64,000 bases of DNA from Anthoceros angustus. Its lineage: Eukaryota > Plantae > Anthocerotophyta. Numbering within the stretch: the stretch's first letter is position 1; each line of letters starts with the position of its first letter. Below, piece by piece: positions 23,536 through 35,330 of this stretch. The DNA is taken from contig MU008173.1 in assembly GCA_010909165.1 (NCBI GenBank), positions 558,001-622,000 on the forward strand, given 5' to 3'. A program made the position numbers and the translations under genes. The notes beneath the pieces are model-generated. The model saw only the letters and a list, made by a program, of their open reading frames with translations, was not told the origin of the DNA and made no database searches.

Positions 23536-24561
23536 TATAGTCACCCCGAACATGTGTGACTCTCGAGAAGTGAGGCAGCCTATCTAGTCTAATAATGATC
23601 CTATATTCCCACTCAGGCTAGACTAGTTAGGCTAACTTGTTGTCTTGGTTAGAGAGCACACTATCACCCAGAAGAGCAGCACATGCAAAGTATTTGTCAC
23701 ATGGGAGGCTTTTAGTCAAGATGTCAGCCCCCATCAGCTCTGTTGGGCAGTACTCAAGTCATACATCCCCGGCTGTGCACTTCTCACGTACATAGTGATA
23801 TTAGAGATCAATGTACTTGGACCTGGAACTGAATTTCGGGTTGCCGGCGAGAGCAAGACGGATTGGTTGTCTATCTTGATTACCACTGGCTTCTGATGCA
23901 TCATACCAAGTTCATCAAGGAGCCGGATGCGATCCACTATGCGCTTGGTGGCGAGAGTAGCAGCCACGTACTCAGATTCGGTAGATGAGAGTGCCATGGC
24001 GGTCTGCCGCTTGGACCAATCAACTTCGGCGTCACAAAGCATCAACGCGAATCCTGAGGTGGATTTCTTGGAGTCCATGTCTCCCCCCCAATCAGCTTTG
24101 GTGTAGGCTAAAAGTTGAGGAAAGGTGGCAGTAGTTGCATTGCTGGCGGGAGGTCCATGGTACTTGAGGCATCCTGGGCTTGGGCACCTACATCTGGTTT
24201 TGGCTTGGAATGTTGGAGCGTCATCAATTCTTGAGAAGTGATGTGGTGGCAGAAGGCTCTTCGCAGTTAGCAGGCATCCAGGAAGCAACCCTCTATCAAG
24301 CAACATCTAAAGCAAAACATCCATCCCGATCTCTCCATGAGATTGGGCCCATCTCGACGTTGAACTAAGCCCGTAGCGAGCGGGTGAGCAGCAGGCGCCG
24401 CGGGCGGTGTTTTGCATCAGTCCGCCCAATTTGCACAATTGCGGCTACAATCGCACTGGGCGGACTTTGATCTCTTGATAATGATTGCGGATTTTATAGT
24501 CACCCCGAAGAGGTGTGACTCTTAGGAAGTGAGGTAGCCTATCTAGTCTGATAATCCTATA
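23536..24561 (-). mobile_element. Miniature, internally deleted Copia-type LTR element (~70-bp terminal repeats, RNase H remnant)
   Basis: Direct repeats at 23536-23605 and 24495-24561. The internal ORF contains ADWGGDMDSKKSTSG...WSKRQTAMALSSTESEYVA...IDNQS (Copia RNase H). A PPT-like gagtgggaa precedes the downstream repeat on the minus strand. Confidence 0.75.
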
Positions 24562-25446
24562 AGAAGTGCAGTACATGACGTGTGGGATGTGGGGAAGGCA
24601 TCTTTGACTCTAAAGGTTTGGGCCGAGGTGGAATACACAGCGGTGGGTGCTATGGACAGGGCCAGCAATGCCGATGGCACTCCATATGAGCAAAATATTG
24701 AATGTCAGCATTTCAGCACATGTTTGACAAGCTCCTTCAAAATTGTTAAGAAGTCGGCTAGAAGCAGATGAGAAGTATGGACTTTATTGCAAGGGCAGAA
24801 AAATTTTCTATAATCACCACCATTGGATTTTTCACTCACTCTTTTAGTGATAACATTAAATATTCTACTCACATGGACGACTTATGTGACATAAACAGCT
24901 AATAGCATTGATATGAATAGTTGACATATATAATATATGGTGCACCCCGAAAATACTAAAAAGAGAGAAAATAGGGGCATGAATAATTCAAGAGTAAATT
25001 AATTACATTACACTCGTTATCTTTGCTGGTTTTGTGCTCTTCTTAGAGTTTTTCACAGCATACTAACGTAAATACTTGAAATTATTAATCATTAAATCAG
25101 TAGGGTTTAAACCTACTTATATTTAAAATTTGGCTACCGAAACCTAAAACGAACGAGCCCAAGGGGCAAAATTTCTAAAGTCCTTCACCCAGAGAACTAT
25201 ATGTGGTAGTACCTATCCTAAATGGCATGCCATTCAATGAAACGATTTTCCATTCGCTTCACAAGCACCCTCTACTACTCCGATCACTAGGAACTACTCC
25301 GATCACTAGGAACGATGGGAGTAGACACTACGAGTTTTAACCAGTGTGCTCAAGTAGGCTAGCAGCTGTGGTGAAGTTTGAATTGCTGGCCGCGTGCACA
25401 TTGTTGGCTAGTAACGTCTGCGTTCCCGCTATCACCATCTGTGAAG

Positions 25447-26652
25447 TCAAAAACGAACATGTTCCGGTGGCTCGTCCTCAGGGATTTCTCCAAGAGACCA
25501 TGATTCAGCTGCCCATATGTCAATGGAAACCCCGAGACTCCTAGTTGTCCTGGCAGAGCCGTTGGGTGGTGAGGTTGAGGAGGGAATGCCGACAGTGGAC
25601 AGGCCAGCTGTCATCACCATAAACTGAGAACTCATGGGACTAGTGCTACTGGCATCCTTGAACAGGGACAAGGCAGATGACCCTTGAGCCGCAGAGAAAG
25701 GATTTGCCGGCGGTGAATGAGGCGAAGAGAAAGGGTTAACCGGGGATGGCTGGGCCGAAGAAAAAGGATTCCTCGGTGATGGCTGGGCCGAGGAGAAAAG
25801 ATTCCCCGGTGATGGCTGGGTCGAAGAGAAAGGATTGAAGTTCAAGAAACCGGGCTGTGCGTGAACTCCAAACGGATTGCTGGCCTGAAACAAGCCAGCA
25901 GTGTTAGGCACCCCCACCCCTGCCACCCCAGGTGCAGCCGGCGAGGGTCCGAAGGGAGAGCGAGGAGCCGCCGCCTGTACCTGTTGTTGCATGTGCTGAG
26001 GCTCCCCAAACCTTGGAACCGCAAAAGGCTGCCCAAACGGAACAACAGAAGCCGGACCCGGTGTGATGAACGGGGACGGGGAAGCCAGAGGGTTGAGGAA
26101 GGGAGAAGAAGCTGCCGGAGGAGCTCCCACCGGGGCCGCGAGAGGACCATTGTAGGGATTCTTCAGCAGGGCATCAAAATCGGCGCCCTTGCGCGCAACC
26201 ATCTCCGACTCCCGCTGCGCCACCTGCTGGATGGACATCCCCTGCCTGGCAAAATCGTAGGCATGGGCTCGGAGCTCTTCGAAGCTGACATCTCCCACAA
26301 CATCGTTGGGCAAGTACTTGGCGTGGCCATAGCAGGTGAGCCGCCAGAACGTGGGACGCTCAAGTGAAAAATCCTCCCTGATTTGGTTCTTGCACAGGCG
26401 CACATCGATGCACCTGTGGTCCTGTGACTGCGGCTGCTGCTGCTGCGGCTGGGGCCGGGCCTGCTGGCTCCCAGCCCGACATAACACCGGTTCAAACGCA
26501 TCACTCCTCTGTTGGAACCTGGGAAAGTTGGTGAAACCGCCCTGCTGCTGCTGCTGCTGTTGTTGCGGCAGGACGTGCAGGTACTTGCAGCGTGCGCCAA
26601 AACGGCAGTGGCCTCGCTGAAAGTCCCTGCACACCTCCTGCTTCCTGCTCAT
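25447..26652 (-). CDS. NUP42: CCCH zinc-finger FG-nucleoporin, NUP42/CG1 (NUPL2)-like; single exon
   Basis: N-terminal CRDFQRGHCRFGARCKYLH, conserved WRLTCYGH...GDVSFEELRAHAY, xPF/FG low-complexity repeats and C-terminal IW..ESW..GEIPEDEPP. Confidence 0.85.
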   Translation of the reverse strand: MSRKQEVCRDFQRGHCRFGARCKYLHVLPQQQQQQQQGGFTNFPRFQQRSDAFEPVLCRAGSQQARPQPQQQQPQSQDHRCIDVRLCKNQIREDFSLERPTFWRLTCYGHAKYLPNDVVGDVSFEELRAHAYDFARQGMSIQQVAQRESEMVARKGADFDALLKNPYNGPLAAPVGAPPAASSPFLNPLASPSPFITPGPASVVPFGQPFAVPRFGEPQHMQQQVQAAAPRSPFGPSPAAPGVAGVGVPNTAGLFQASNPFGVHAQPGFLNFNPFSSTQPSPGNLFSSAQPSPRNPFSSAQPSPVNPFSSPHSPPANPFSAAQGSSALSLFKDASSTSPMSSQFMVMTAGLSTVGIPSSTSPPNGSARTTRSLGVSIDIWAAESWSLGEIPEDEPPEHVRF

Positions 26653-27047
26653 TCTGTCTTGTCCACCGCCCCCCGGGCCCCTCCCGCTGGACGCTATGTG
26701 CTCCAGTCGCCCGCTTAACCCCTAAAGGACGAGGGGGTTTCCCCTATTTTTCTGGACAGATAAATATTTACCAAAAAATATATAATAAAGTATGTAATTA
26801 AAATTAATTACATACTTTACCGAGAAGTGTGGTTGCAAGCCTACCAGCATACTCGAACCACCCCGCGTTCGAGACGCGGGGAAAACCTCTCGAATAGATT
26901 GATTTCGTGGGCACTCTCAAAGCGGGGGAAACTATTAGTCCCAAGTTGAGTATTTTTAATGGTATGCTATGCATACATATATAGCCTTTGGCCTTGTCGT
27001 ATTCTTAATAGTATAAAACTCTATGTCGCTCTTGAGATTAGGAAAAT

Positions 27048-29715
27048 TGTTAGAAAATAGTAAGTCCCAAGTTTAGTATTTTTTAATGGTAAGCTATGCA
27101 TACATATATAGCCTACTTTTTAATGGTGTACTATGCATACATATATAGCCTTTGGCCTTGTTATACTCTCGATAGTATGAAACTTTATCTCGCTCCTAGG
27201 ATTGTCTTATATACTTCTAGGACTTATTCTCATTACTCTAATATGTGATGTGTTGCACCAATCCTATAGATTTCTAACATTCTCACTCAACACATCAGTA
27301 CTACTCTTTTAAGTGTAACATCTTGCTAAACTTAACGTGCTTCTCTAAAGTCAACCCTTTGGTCAAAACATCTGCAAGGCATGTCCATAGTGGGACAATA
27401 CACTAGCTCTATCTCCTTGGATTGAACTTTCTCTCTGATGAAGTGATGCTTTACTTCCATGTGTTTCGTCCTCGCGTAAAAAGTAGCATTCTTCGCTAAG
27501 TAAATGCAACCCTGATTGTCGTTGAAGATGGTTGTTGCACCCTTCTGCTTAAATCCCATTTCTTCGAGCAATCGTTGTAGCCATATTGCTTTCATTGTTG
27601 CAGCAAATATTGCCATGTACTCCGCTTCTGTAAAGGACAAAGCCACAGTAGGTTGACGCCTACTACTCCATGAAATGGCTCCCCCAAATAACATAAACAC
27701 ATATCCTATGGTAGACTTGCGGCCATCGACATCTCCAGCTCAATCTCAATCACAAAATCCAACCACCTGGGCTTCTTGCTGTCGATCCTTTTGGTATTTC
27801 AACTTCCAATGTTCTGTGCTGCGCAAGTATTTGAATATCCTCTTGACTGCTTGATAATGCTGTTGTCCAGGGTTGGCCAAGAATCGACTCACCACTCCGC
27901 TTCAGAGGACAAAGCCATGAGGTCGACGCCTACTACTCCATGAAATGGCTCCCCAAATAACATAAACACATATCCTATGGTAGACTTATGCCATCGACAT
28001 CTCCACCAATCTCAATCACAAAATCCAACCACCGGCTTCTTGTCGATCCTTTTGGTATTTCAACTTCCAATGTTCTGTGCTGCGCAAGTATTTGAATATC
28101 CTCTTGACTGCTTGATAATGCTGTTGTCCAGGGTTGGCCAAGAATCGACTCACCACTCCCGCTGCCTTTGTAATGTCGGGCCTTGTCCTTGTTGCCAAAT
28201 ATGTAAGATAGCCAACGGCACGTTGATAAAGAGTCTTGTCTATCTTCTCTTTCTCCTTTTCAATTGTAGGGCTCATCTCCTGCGATAGCTTTTCATTGAA
28301 GATCATTGGTGTCTTCATGGGTTTGCAATCTTGCATGCCGAAACGCTCCAGTATGGTCTCCACATACGTTTGTTGGCTCAAAGAGATTTGTTTGTTAGCC
28401 CTATTTCTTTCCATCTTTATTCATAAGAAATAGTGAAGCTTACCCTAATCTCTCATGTCAAAGCTTGCGTGAAGGCTTTTCTTTGCTGAGTCTAAGAGTT
28501 CCATGTCATTGCTAGCAATAATCAGATCGTCCACATAGACAGCAATGATAATTATGAATTCTCCCACTCTCTTCACATAGATATTCCAATCAGCATTGGT
28601 TTTCTTGAAACCTCTAGACTGGAAAAACACATCAACCTTACAATACCAAGCAAGGACAGATTGCTTAGGACCATACAGAGCCTTTAGCAGCCTACATACC
28701 TCTCCCTCGCATCCTGGTATTTCGTATCCCTCTGGTAGGTCCATGTAGATCTCTTCGTCTAGATCTTCATTCAGGAAAGCAGTCAAAACATCCATATGAT
28801 GTATCTCCATGTCGAAAGCGGCTGCAATAGCTAGGAGAGCTCGAATAAATGCTATCTTAGCGACAGGGGAGAAGGTGTCAGTATAATCCATGTGTGGGAC
28901 TTGTGTATATCCTTTCCCCACCAGCCTTGTCTTGTAGCGCTCTATGCTTCCATTAGCCTTGCGCTTAATCTTAAATGTCCACTTTGATCTTATGCTCTTC
29001 CTTCCGTGAGGTAGAGGAGTGATTGCCCAAGTTTTGTTCTTAAGAAGGGAGTTGTACTCGCTGTCCACGGCTTCTTTCCACTCCTTCGCCTTTGGTCCTT
29101 CCAATGCTTCCCTTAGGCTTTGTGGTTCGCCAGCATCTGCCAACCATGCCTCATCATACATACATGCATTCATGGATTCCAAGATCTTCTGTGAAGGTGT
29201 CCATTGTCTCGTTGATCTTCTCAAGATTGGTTGTCTCTCTCGAATACTTTGATCTTCCTTTACTGCTTCAACCGCGACATCGGGAATTTCCCTTTCTCCC
29301 CCCTCTATGTCGCGTTGTTGATAAGGTTCTTTGGGCTCCGGAGCAGGTTGCTCAAGAGTGTCATCATGCTCAAAATCCTCATCAGGGTTTTCAACATACG
29401 CCGTCAAATCCTTCATAATAACCACTTGGGTTGGAGCTCCCACTCCTTTCCTGGGTTCCACAACCTCATTAAATACAACATCCCTGCTAAAAATGATCTT
29501 CTTCCTTGAAAGATCGTACAACCAGTGGCCCTTAATGTCAGTAGAGTATCCAAGCATAAGGCACTTCACACCTTTTGGATCCCATTTTGGTCGAGTTTCC
29601 TTCGGAACGTGAGCATAAACTACTGAACCAAAGATCCTCAAATGGCTTATGTCAGGCTTGACGCCAGACCACGCTTCCTTCGGGGTCATTCCAACAATAG
29701 CTTTGTTGTTCACAC
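27048..29715 (-). mobile_element. Copia retrotransposon remnant: integrase C-terminus, RT, RNase H, 3' LTR (27048-27279)
   Basis: Contains TPKEAWSG.KPDISHLRIFG, RYKTRLVGKGYTQ, HHMDVLTAFLN, YVDDLII and [15 protein letters not shown]. The LTR is bounded by TGTTAGAAA...TTTCTAACA with a degenerate PPT. Frameshifted, with a ~265-bp internal tandem duplication. Confidence 0.92.
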
Positions 29716-31047
29716 GTACCAATGCCTTTGAGTGATAATAACTTGCCAGGAAGGGTGGAAAGCACTCCATATCCACCTATGGTTTCATGACGTATCTCTA
29801 TTGGGGTAGTCTTTGAAACTATATGGGACTGCATGTTATAAGAGGAGACCTCGTGGCCATGCTAAGCTACACACCTTCCTTGTTGATCTTATAATTAGTG
29901 GAAGGTCTCAGGAGTTCCACAATTGGTATCAGCTCATATCTCCCTTGGTAGTTCTCCTAAAAAAAGGTATCTTCTACTGGAGATGGACAACATATTGTGA
30001 TAATACTTGGGATGTTTGGAGGAGCTTTGAATATATGTCGGATACAAAAGCATGCCATGCCAGGAGGACACTTTGGGAAGTAGAGGATGACCTATTGGCA
30101 AGCGCATAGGAGTTAAAGGCTGAGGACGATGTAGGCAAGTTGGCCGTCTCAGATGGTGAGGAGATCCAAGTTGGTGAAAACATTTGCTACTGCGATAGGA
30201 AGCTTCCTCCACAGATGGAGGATGCCGGTAAAGATCACGAAGGGAGGAAGTCCGGGAGGAAATACTCATGAGCTATGTGCTACACACACACAGCCACGCC
30301 CTCTTGCCTAAGTAAAGCTCATAGTGGGTGTGTGTATGATTTGCCGGACAGCCGTGAAGCCTTATTGTTGATAGGGATGAGTGCTGGAGGGGAGCATCCA
30401 TTTCTTTGACCTACATCTAGGTGATACCCCATCCTTGTCATAAAAAGTTCTGTGTCTGAATTGACATGAAAGTGTGCTACAGTTAGAAGTCTGATGCATT
30501 GCCCTACGTTTGAAGTTGTTCCTAGTTTATCAGTCCCATGATAGCAATCATACTGAGATCCATTACTTGGTTGAAGGCTCCGAGAGGTCATGGCTGGGCC
30601 CTTCACCAAAACCCATCTTTTCACAGTATCTATCTTTGTTTTTGTAGGAGTATCTATGGAATTCTGTTCCTTCGATGCTGAAACCTTATATCTTAAATTG
30701 AGGCTTTGAAGAGAGTTTTTATTACGGTGAAAAAACGATGGGAAGAGCCCATCCAGGAGGGGACAACCAGAGGGGACCAGGGGGTCGAGGTGGAGGGCTT
30801 TGAAGAGTGTTACAACAACCCTTGGGCTTCACAAAGCCCTTCAAATTTATGCTTAAAAATATCTGTCATGGAAATTACACTTTGACACATGTGGCACTAA
30901 CAAAAAGCTATGGAGGGCTTGAGAGCTTTTTCCAATGGCATTTTATGATCCTTATACTTAGAAGAGTTTTGCTATAGAAAGTTTGCTTAGAAAGGGTCTG
31001 AACTATAAAATTCCAATTTAACAATACTTCCCTTTTTTTTGGCCCAA

Positions 31048-31480
31048 GGTTGCAGATGTGGTTGTCATTGACCCTACTCAGTATTCCGTTAGTGAGCATG
31101 TGATCCTCAATCCTCCGCGGTGGGCGGCGGAGGGATGTGCCACGGCGAAGGTTCGTACGTGCTCTCCTATGCATCAGGGGCACGCCTTCATCCCCCTCGC
31201 CATTGAGATCTATGGGGCCATGGGCAAGGCCTTTTCTAGGTTTTTTAAGACCTGTGTCAGGGAGTACCACAGCCGTAGGAATGGGGTTGGCCTCCCTCTT
31301 TCATGTATCGTGGCTTTCTACAGGCAACAGGTGTCGATCGCCCTGTAGTGAGCATTGGTCAAAGCGGTGTATAGGACGACGGTAATTGCAGGACAGGCGG
31401 ATTCTTCGGCACCGGTGGTGGGTAGGCCCTTTCGCATGCTCGATTTTGATATCCTTGGCGCGGGGGGCAATTACAAGATT
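31048..31480 (+). mobile_element. 3' fragment of an RLE-type (restriction-like endonuclease; CRE/R2-like) non-LTR retrotransposon
   Basis: Reads VADVVVIDPT...AA...ATAKVR...FIPLAIEIYGAMGK..F...C...PLS..VAFYRQQVSIAL**ALV. TAG TGA is likely a deaminated CAG CGA (QR). Confidence 0.65.
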
Positions 31481-31812
31481 GGTGACAATAAGGGTTAGTC
31501 ATCTCGGGTCTGGTGTCCTCCTAAGACCTGTTTCGCATGTGCCCGGCTCTCTGGTTCTAGGTGACACTACACGACGAATCCTTATGGAAAATCTCCATAT
31601 TAAGCATACAGAAGAGTCTCCCTATGTGTGCGGTGCCTAGGCCATTTTTAGGTAGGTATACATTTTCCGGTTCCAGAAAGTGACCTTCTGTCGATGCTGG
31701 CTAGTCTCTCATGTGCGTCTCTCTTCACCGTGCCCACACCTTTGACCGTAGCACCTTGGTTTAGACTCTATTCACCTCTTTGCGATCCGAGCTGTGTTGA
31801 TCTGCCTTCCCT

Positions 31813-34387
31813 TTGGCGGGCATAATGCAGCACCCATTTCTTCTCGTGAGCTCTTCTCCCTTGCGTCCGCAGGCAAGCACAGCTGAAATTATGGCACTGG
31901 ATATCGTGCCTTGTTTCATGCCAAGACGAACTCCACAAGTGTCAACACTTGCAGCAAGTCAGGCTCCTGCAAGGAAGAGATCAAATTGGGCAGAATCTGA
32001 ATTATGCATCTTGCAGGCAGCGAAGAGAGAAGACATGGATCGTCACCACGCTAATGGTGCGAAGGAAAAGACCAAATCTGCAGCCCTCCGATGGACTGCA
32101 ATTGCTAGATCATGTGCAGCACAAGGCATTTCACGAACTCCTCTGCAATGTTAAGAGAAGTGGGATTCTTTGTTTTGCGATTACAAGAAGATCAGTGATT
32201 ACCAAAAAGCTATTCCTTCTGGACAGGATAGGTATTGGAAGCTGGACAGGAAATCTAGAGCTCAAGCTAGTTTACCTTTGAATTTCTTCTACCAAGTGTA
32301 TGAATTAATGAGTGCATGGCTGCAGCAAAGTAAGAGTGTGAATCCAGCCGGCTTAGTTCTCGACTCTGGAGAGCTGAGCAGTGCAGGTATGCTTCTCATA
32401 GCCACTGTAAGCTAAATTGACAATTGCTACTTGGCTGGATACAACGTCTGTGTAGAAAGGGGTTTCTCCTGTCAAAAGAGGTTTTGGTAAAAATCTCAAC
32501 CCTATTTCGCCGAAAACTCAAGTTGGTTTGGTTTATGTTGTTTTTTGTAGATGTTCATCCATCAGTTTTTGACATTCTCAGCTCCGATGCCACTTCCTGT
32601 CAAGTCATTTACACCAAGCTAGCGCCTTCTAATCAGATTCATGGCGATTTAGTCAGCGTGATGAAGGGTCAGTGACCTCATTGTTCCATAATTTTGTCAT
32701 CGTAGTTTCTGCATTTTGTGTGGTTCTCTATGTTTTTGTATTCCAGGGGGGCCTAGACGCGCACAAGTGCGCCGATCTGACCTATCATAAAATTATCATC
32801 GTGCAAAAGAACGCGAAAAATGATCTTCTAATGGGAAAATATGTCCTTTTGGAGGTCTGAGGATGTGCCAGAACTCCCGACAAAATCACAAGTAGCAGAC
32901 ATCGGCGGAGGTTCACCTAGACTGCTCTTATATATCTATCATATGCCGTAATGCGACGAAGAACACCCTATCCCCTTTTTATCCTTTACGGTATTTCCGT
33001 CTCTTTCAGAGGTGACCTAGTACCGGTTTATCATCAAACATGCCAAGGGGGCCCAGCTGGGTGAACAAGTCGTGCAGTGGGGGGCCCACTGGGTGAACAA
33101 GTGCGTGCACTGTGGGGTAGAGTTCGGCCACACTTATGCGCACCCAAGGTTCAAGAAGGGCCTAGGAGCATGAACCCATATGGTTCATGCCTCCTAGTGC
33201 ATTCCCATACGGTTCATCCAAAGAAAAATTGAGAAAAAAATCTAAAAAATCCCACAAAAATTCCAATCTTTTGAGACAAGTGCGCGCACTTGCCCTAAAG
33301 TTTTGATATTTTTCAAAGTTTTTGGTATTTTTTTTATATTCTTGTTGTTTTGAAGGGTTCCTTTCGACGTTTTCAACCTTTTTTGTGCACCTCCCTAACG
33401 TGGATATGTTCTTATCTTTACTTAACCCTCATCTTTTTTCTAGTGCTTGAAACTTTGAACTAGTAGTGAAAACCTTTTGCATCTTTTAAATCTTGAGACG
33501 TTTGGCGTGGGCTCAGCTCCAAGTGCAGACCATGCCACTCTCATTCTCGCACTGCACGCGGATCAAGAGCATCAGGTCAACGAGGATATTATTGTCCCAA
33601 TGTCTAAGAAACAAAGTCCTGTAAAATTCCCAGAACGAGAGTATAGTCTTAGGATTGACTTGTATGAATAAGTTTGCGCACAAGAATTATAGCAAGCCCT
33701 AAAAACTCTAAATGTTTGTATACGTGTCAGTTGTGAGAATGACCTTCTTTTAGGAAGGCTCAGAATTGGATAAAGTTTGAAATCAAATACGTTTGTGCAC
33801 GTGTAAACAAGACCTAAACTCTTCAAAACGGTCGTTTTTAGTGCGGATTTTTTAGCATGCAATTTGGGGTTTGCGGAAGTCCGTGTGCAAAAAAGGGGTT
33901 CCTGGAGAAACCCCTTTCTACTCAGACGGTGTTTTATGAAGAGTTCGATCTCTTTGGACATGGCCAGAACCCAGATATTGTACAAGTGCCAAGTCATTGC
34001 AGTCAATCTTCTGAAGATATGGAAGCTGGAAGGAGCCAATGAACACCAGAGACTACAAGTACGGCTGTGTCACCTTTAAAGGGTTCTAATCAAGGGAAAA
34101 GGTGAAAGCTGAGTGGCAAATCAGAGGAGGGTCTCTTATTCACTTTGAAGGGCAATAACCAAGCTTTGGTTGATGCATTCACAGCTGTTGAATCTAGCCA
34201 TGAAAAAAGACTTGCTGAAATGGTGGAACAGAACAAACGAAGGCATAAAGACATTATGAAGTTGGAAAGCCACAGAATTGACATTGAGTCGTATAATACC
34301 GCACTATACGTGGCAGCACTCAAATCCATAGGTGAAAACATCCGGTTTGTGGGAGAGTCTATTCTGAAATCTAATACTCAAGAATAA
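31813..34387 (+). pseudogene. Harbinger ORF1 Myb/SANT (trihelix GT-1-like) protein, interrupted
   Basis: NWAESELCIL...RWTAIARSC...RTPLQC*EKWDSLFCDYKKISDYQ...YWKL...LPLNF. A coiled-coil tail lies in one frame at 33857-34387 with two stops. Confidence 0.75.
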
Positions 34388-34425
34388 TGAGTGATTATTT
34401 CTAGGCTTCCCAGCTGCAAGCTAGC

Positions 34426-35330
34426 TTAGGAGGACTTTGAGGATATGTACAACATCAGTGTTTCTCGAAGTCTGTGAGACTCTTCCACATTGTCACCTTC
34501 TTGTCTCTCAGCTCGCATGTGAGCTCGCCTTTCCGGAATGTAACCTTCAAACAGTTGTCGATACACAGGCTCACCATCCTGAAGCCGGATGTTATGGAGA
34601 ACACAACACAGATAAGACACTCGAGCAAACTGCTGGGCAGAACCTCTCCACATTTTTCGACCAAGTATCCGCCAAACACATTTGAGCAAGCCAAATGCAC
34701 CTTCCACTACCATGCAGGTAGAGGATTGCTTAAAATTAAAAGCATCGCATTCAGCACTGTATTGCCGTTCAGGAAAAGGTGTAACCAACGAGGGCATATT
34801 TAGATAACCGACATCTGCAAGAAGGTACTCATGCACAACACTTGTGGAGAGCTGTAGGACAGGACCATTTAAGCATCTTCCAGCACATGCATTAACATAA
34901 AGCAAACTATAACGTAGTATTCTCGTGTCTGTTGCATTACCAGGCCATCCTGTCACTATGTCCAAGAATGCTTTATCTGGTCCCACTACGGCCTGCATAG
35001 CCATAGTGTAGGTACCATATCTGCCATAGTAGTCTGTGTTGAGCCCACGTCCAGGTAATTTGATCATAAAATGTGTCCCGTCTATAGCCCCACAGCAGTT
35101 TTGGAACCCTTGTTGCAATTTGAAACCAAGCTTGATTTCCTCGAACCTGGTAGGTGAAGGCCATTGTAGGTGGTGTTCCCCTCGTTGCAAAACCGAGGCC
35201 ACAAAACGGCGGCAAACATCGAATATCATGGTGGTGCCTACACCGAACAATTCTCCAAGGCTCAAGTAGGAATCCCCCGTTGCCAATCACCTCAGAGCAA
35301 TCATGACTTGCTTCTCGACACGTAGCATAC
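34426..35330 (-). pseudogene. Harbinger (HARBI1-like, DDE_Tnp_4) transposase pseudogene
   Basis: VEKQVMIALR*LATGDSY...CCGAIDGTHF...MQAVV...GWPGNATD..IL...LLADVGY...VVEGAFGLLK..WRIL...CCVLHN, with an in-frame stop just before LATG. Confidence 0.9.

Noticed and set aside
29780-30650. Segment replacing the Copia 5' half; one frame has weak HAD/FCP1-like words (KRYLLLEMDNIL)
   Set aside because: Many stops and too little similarity to support a call.
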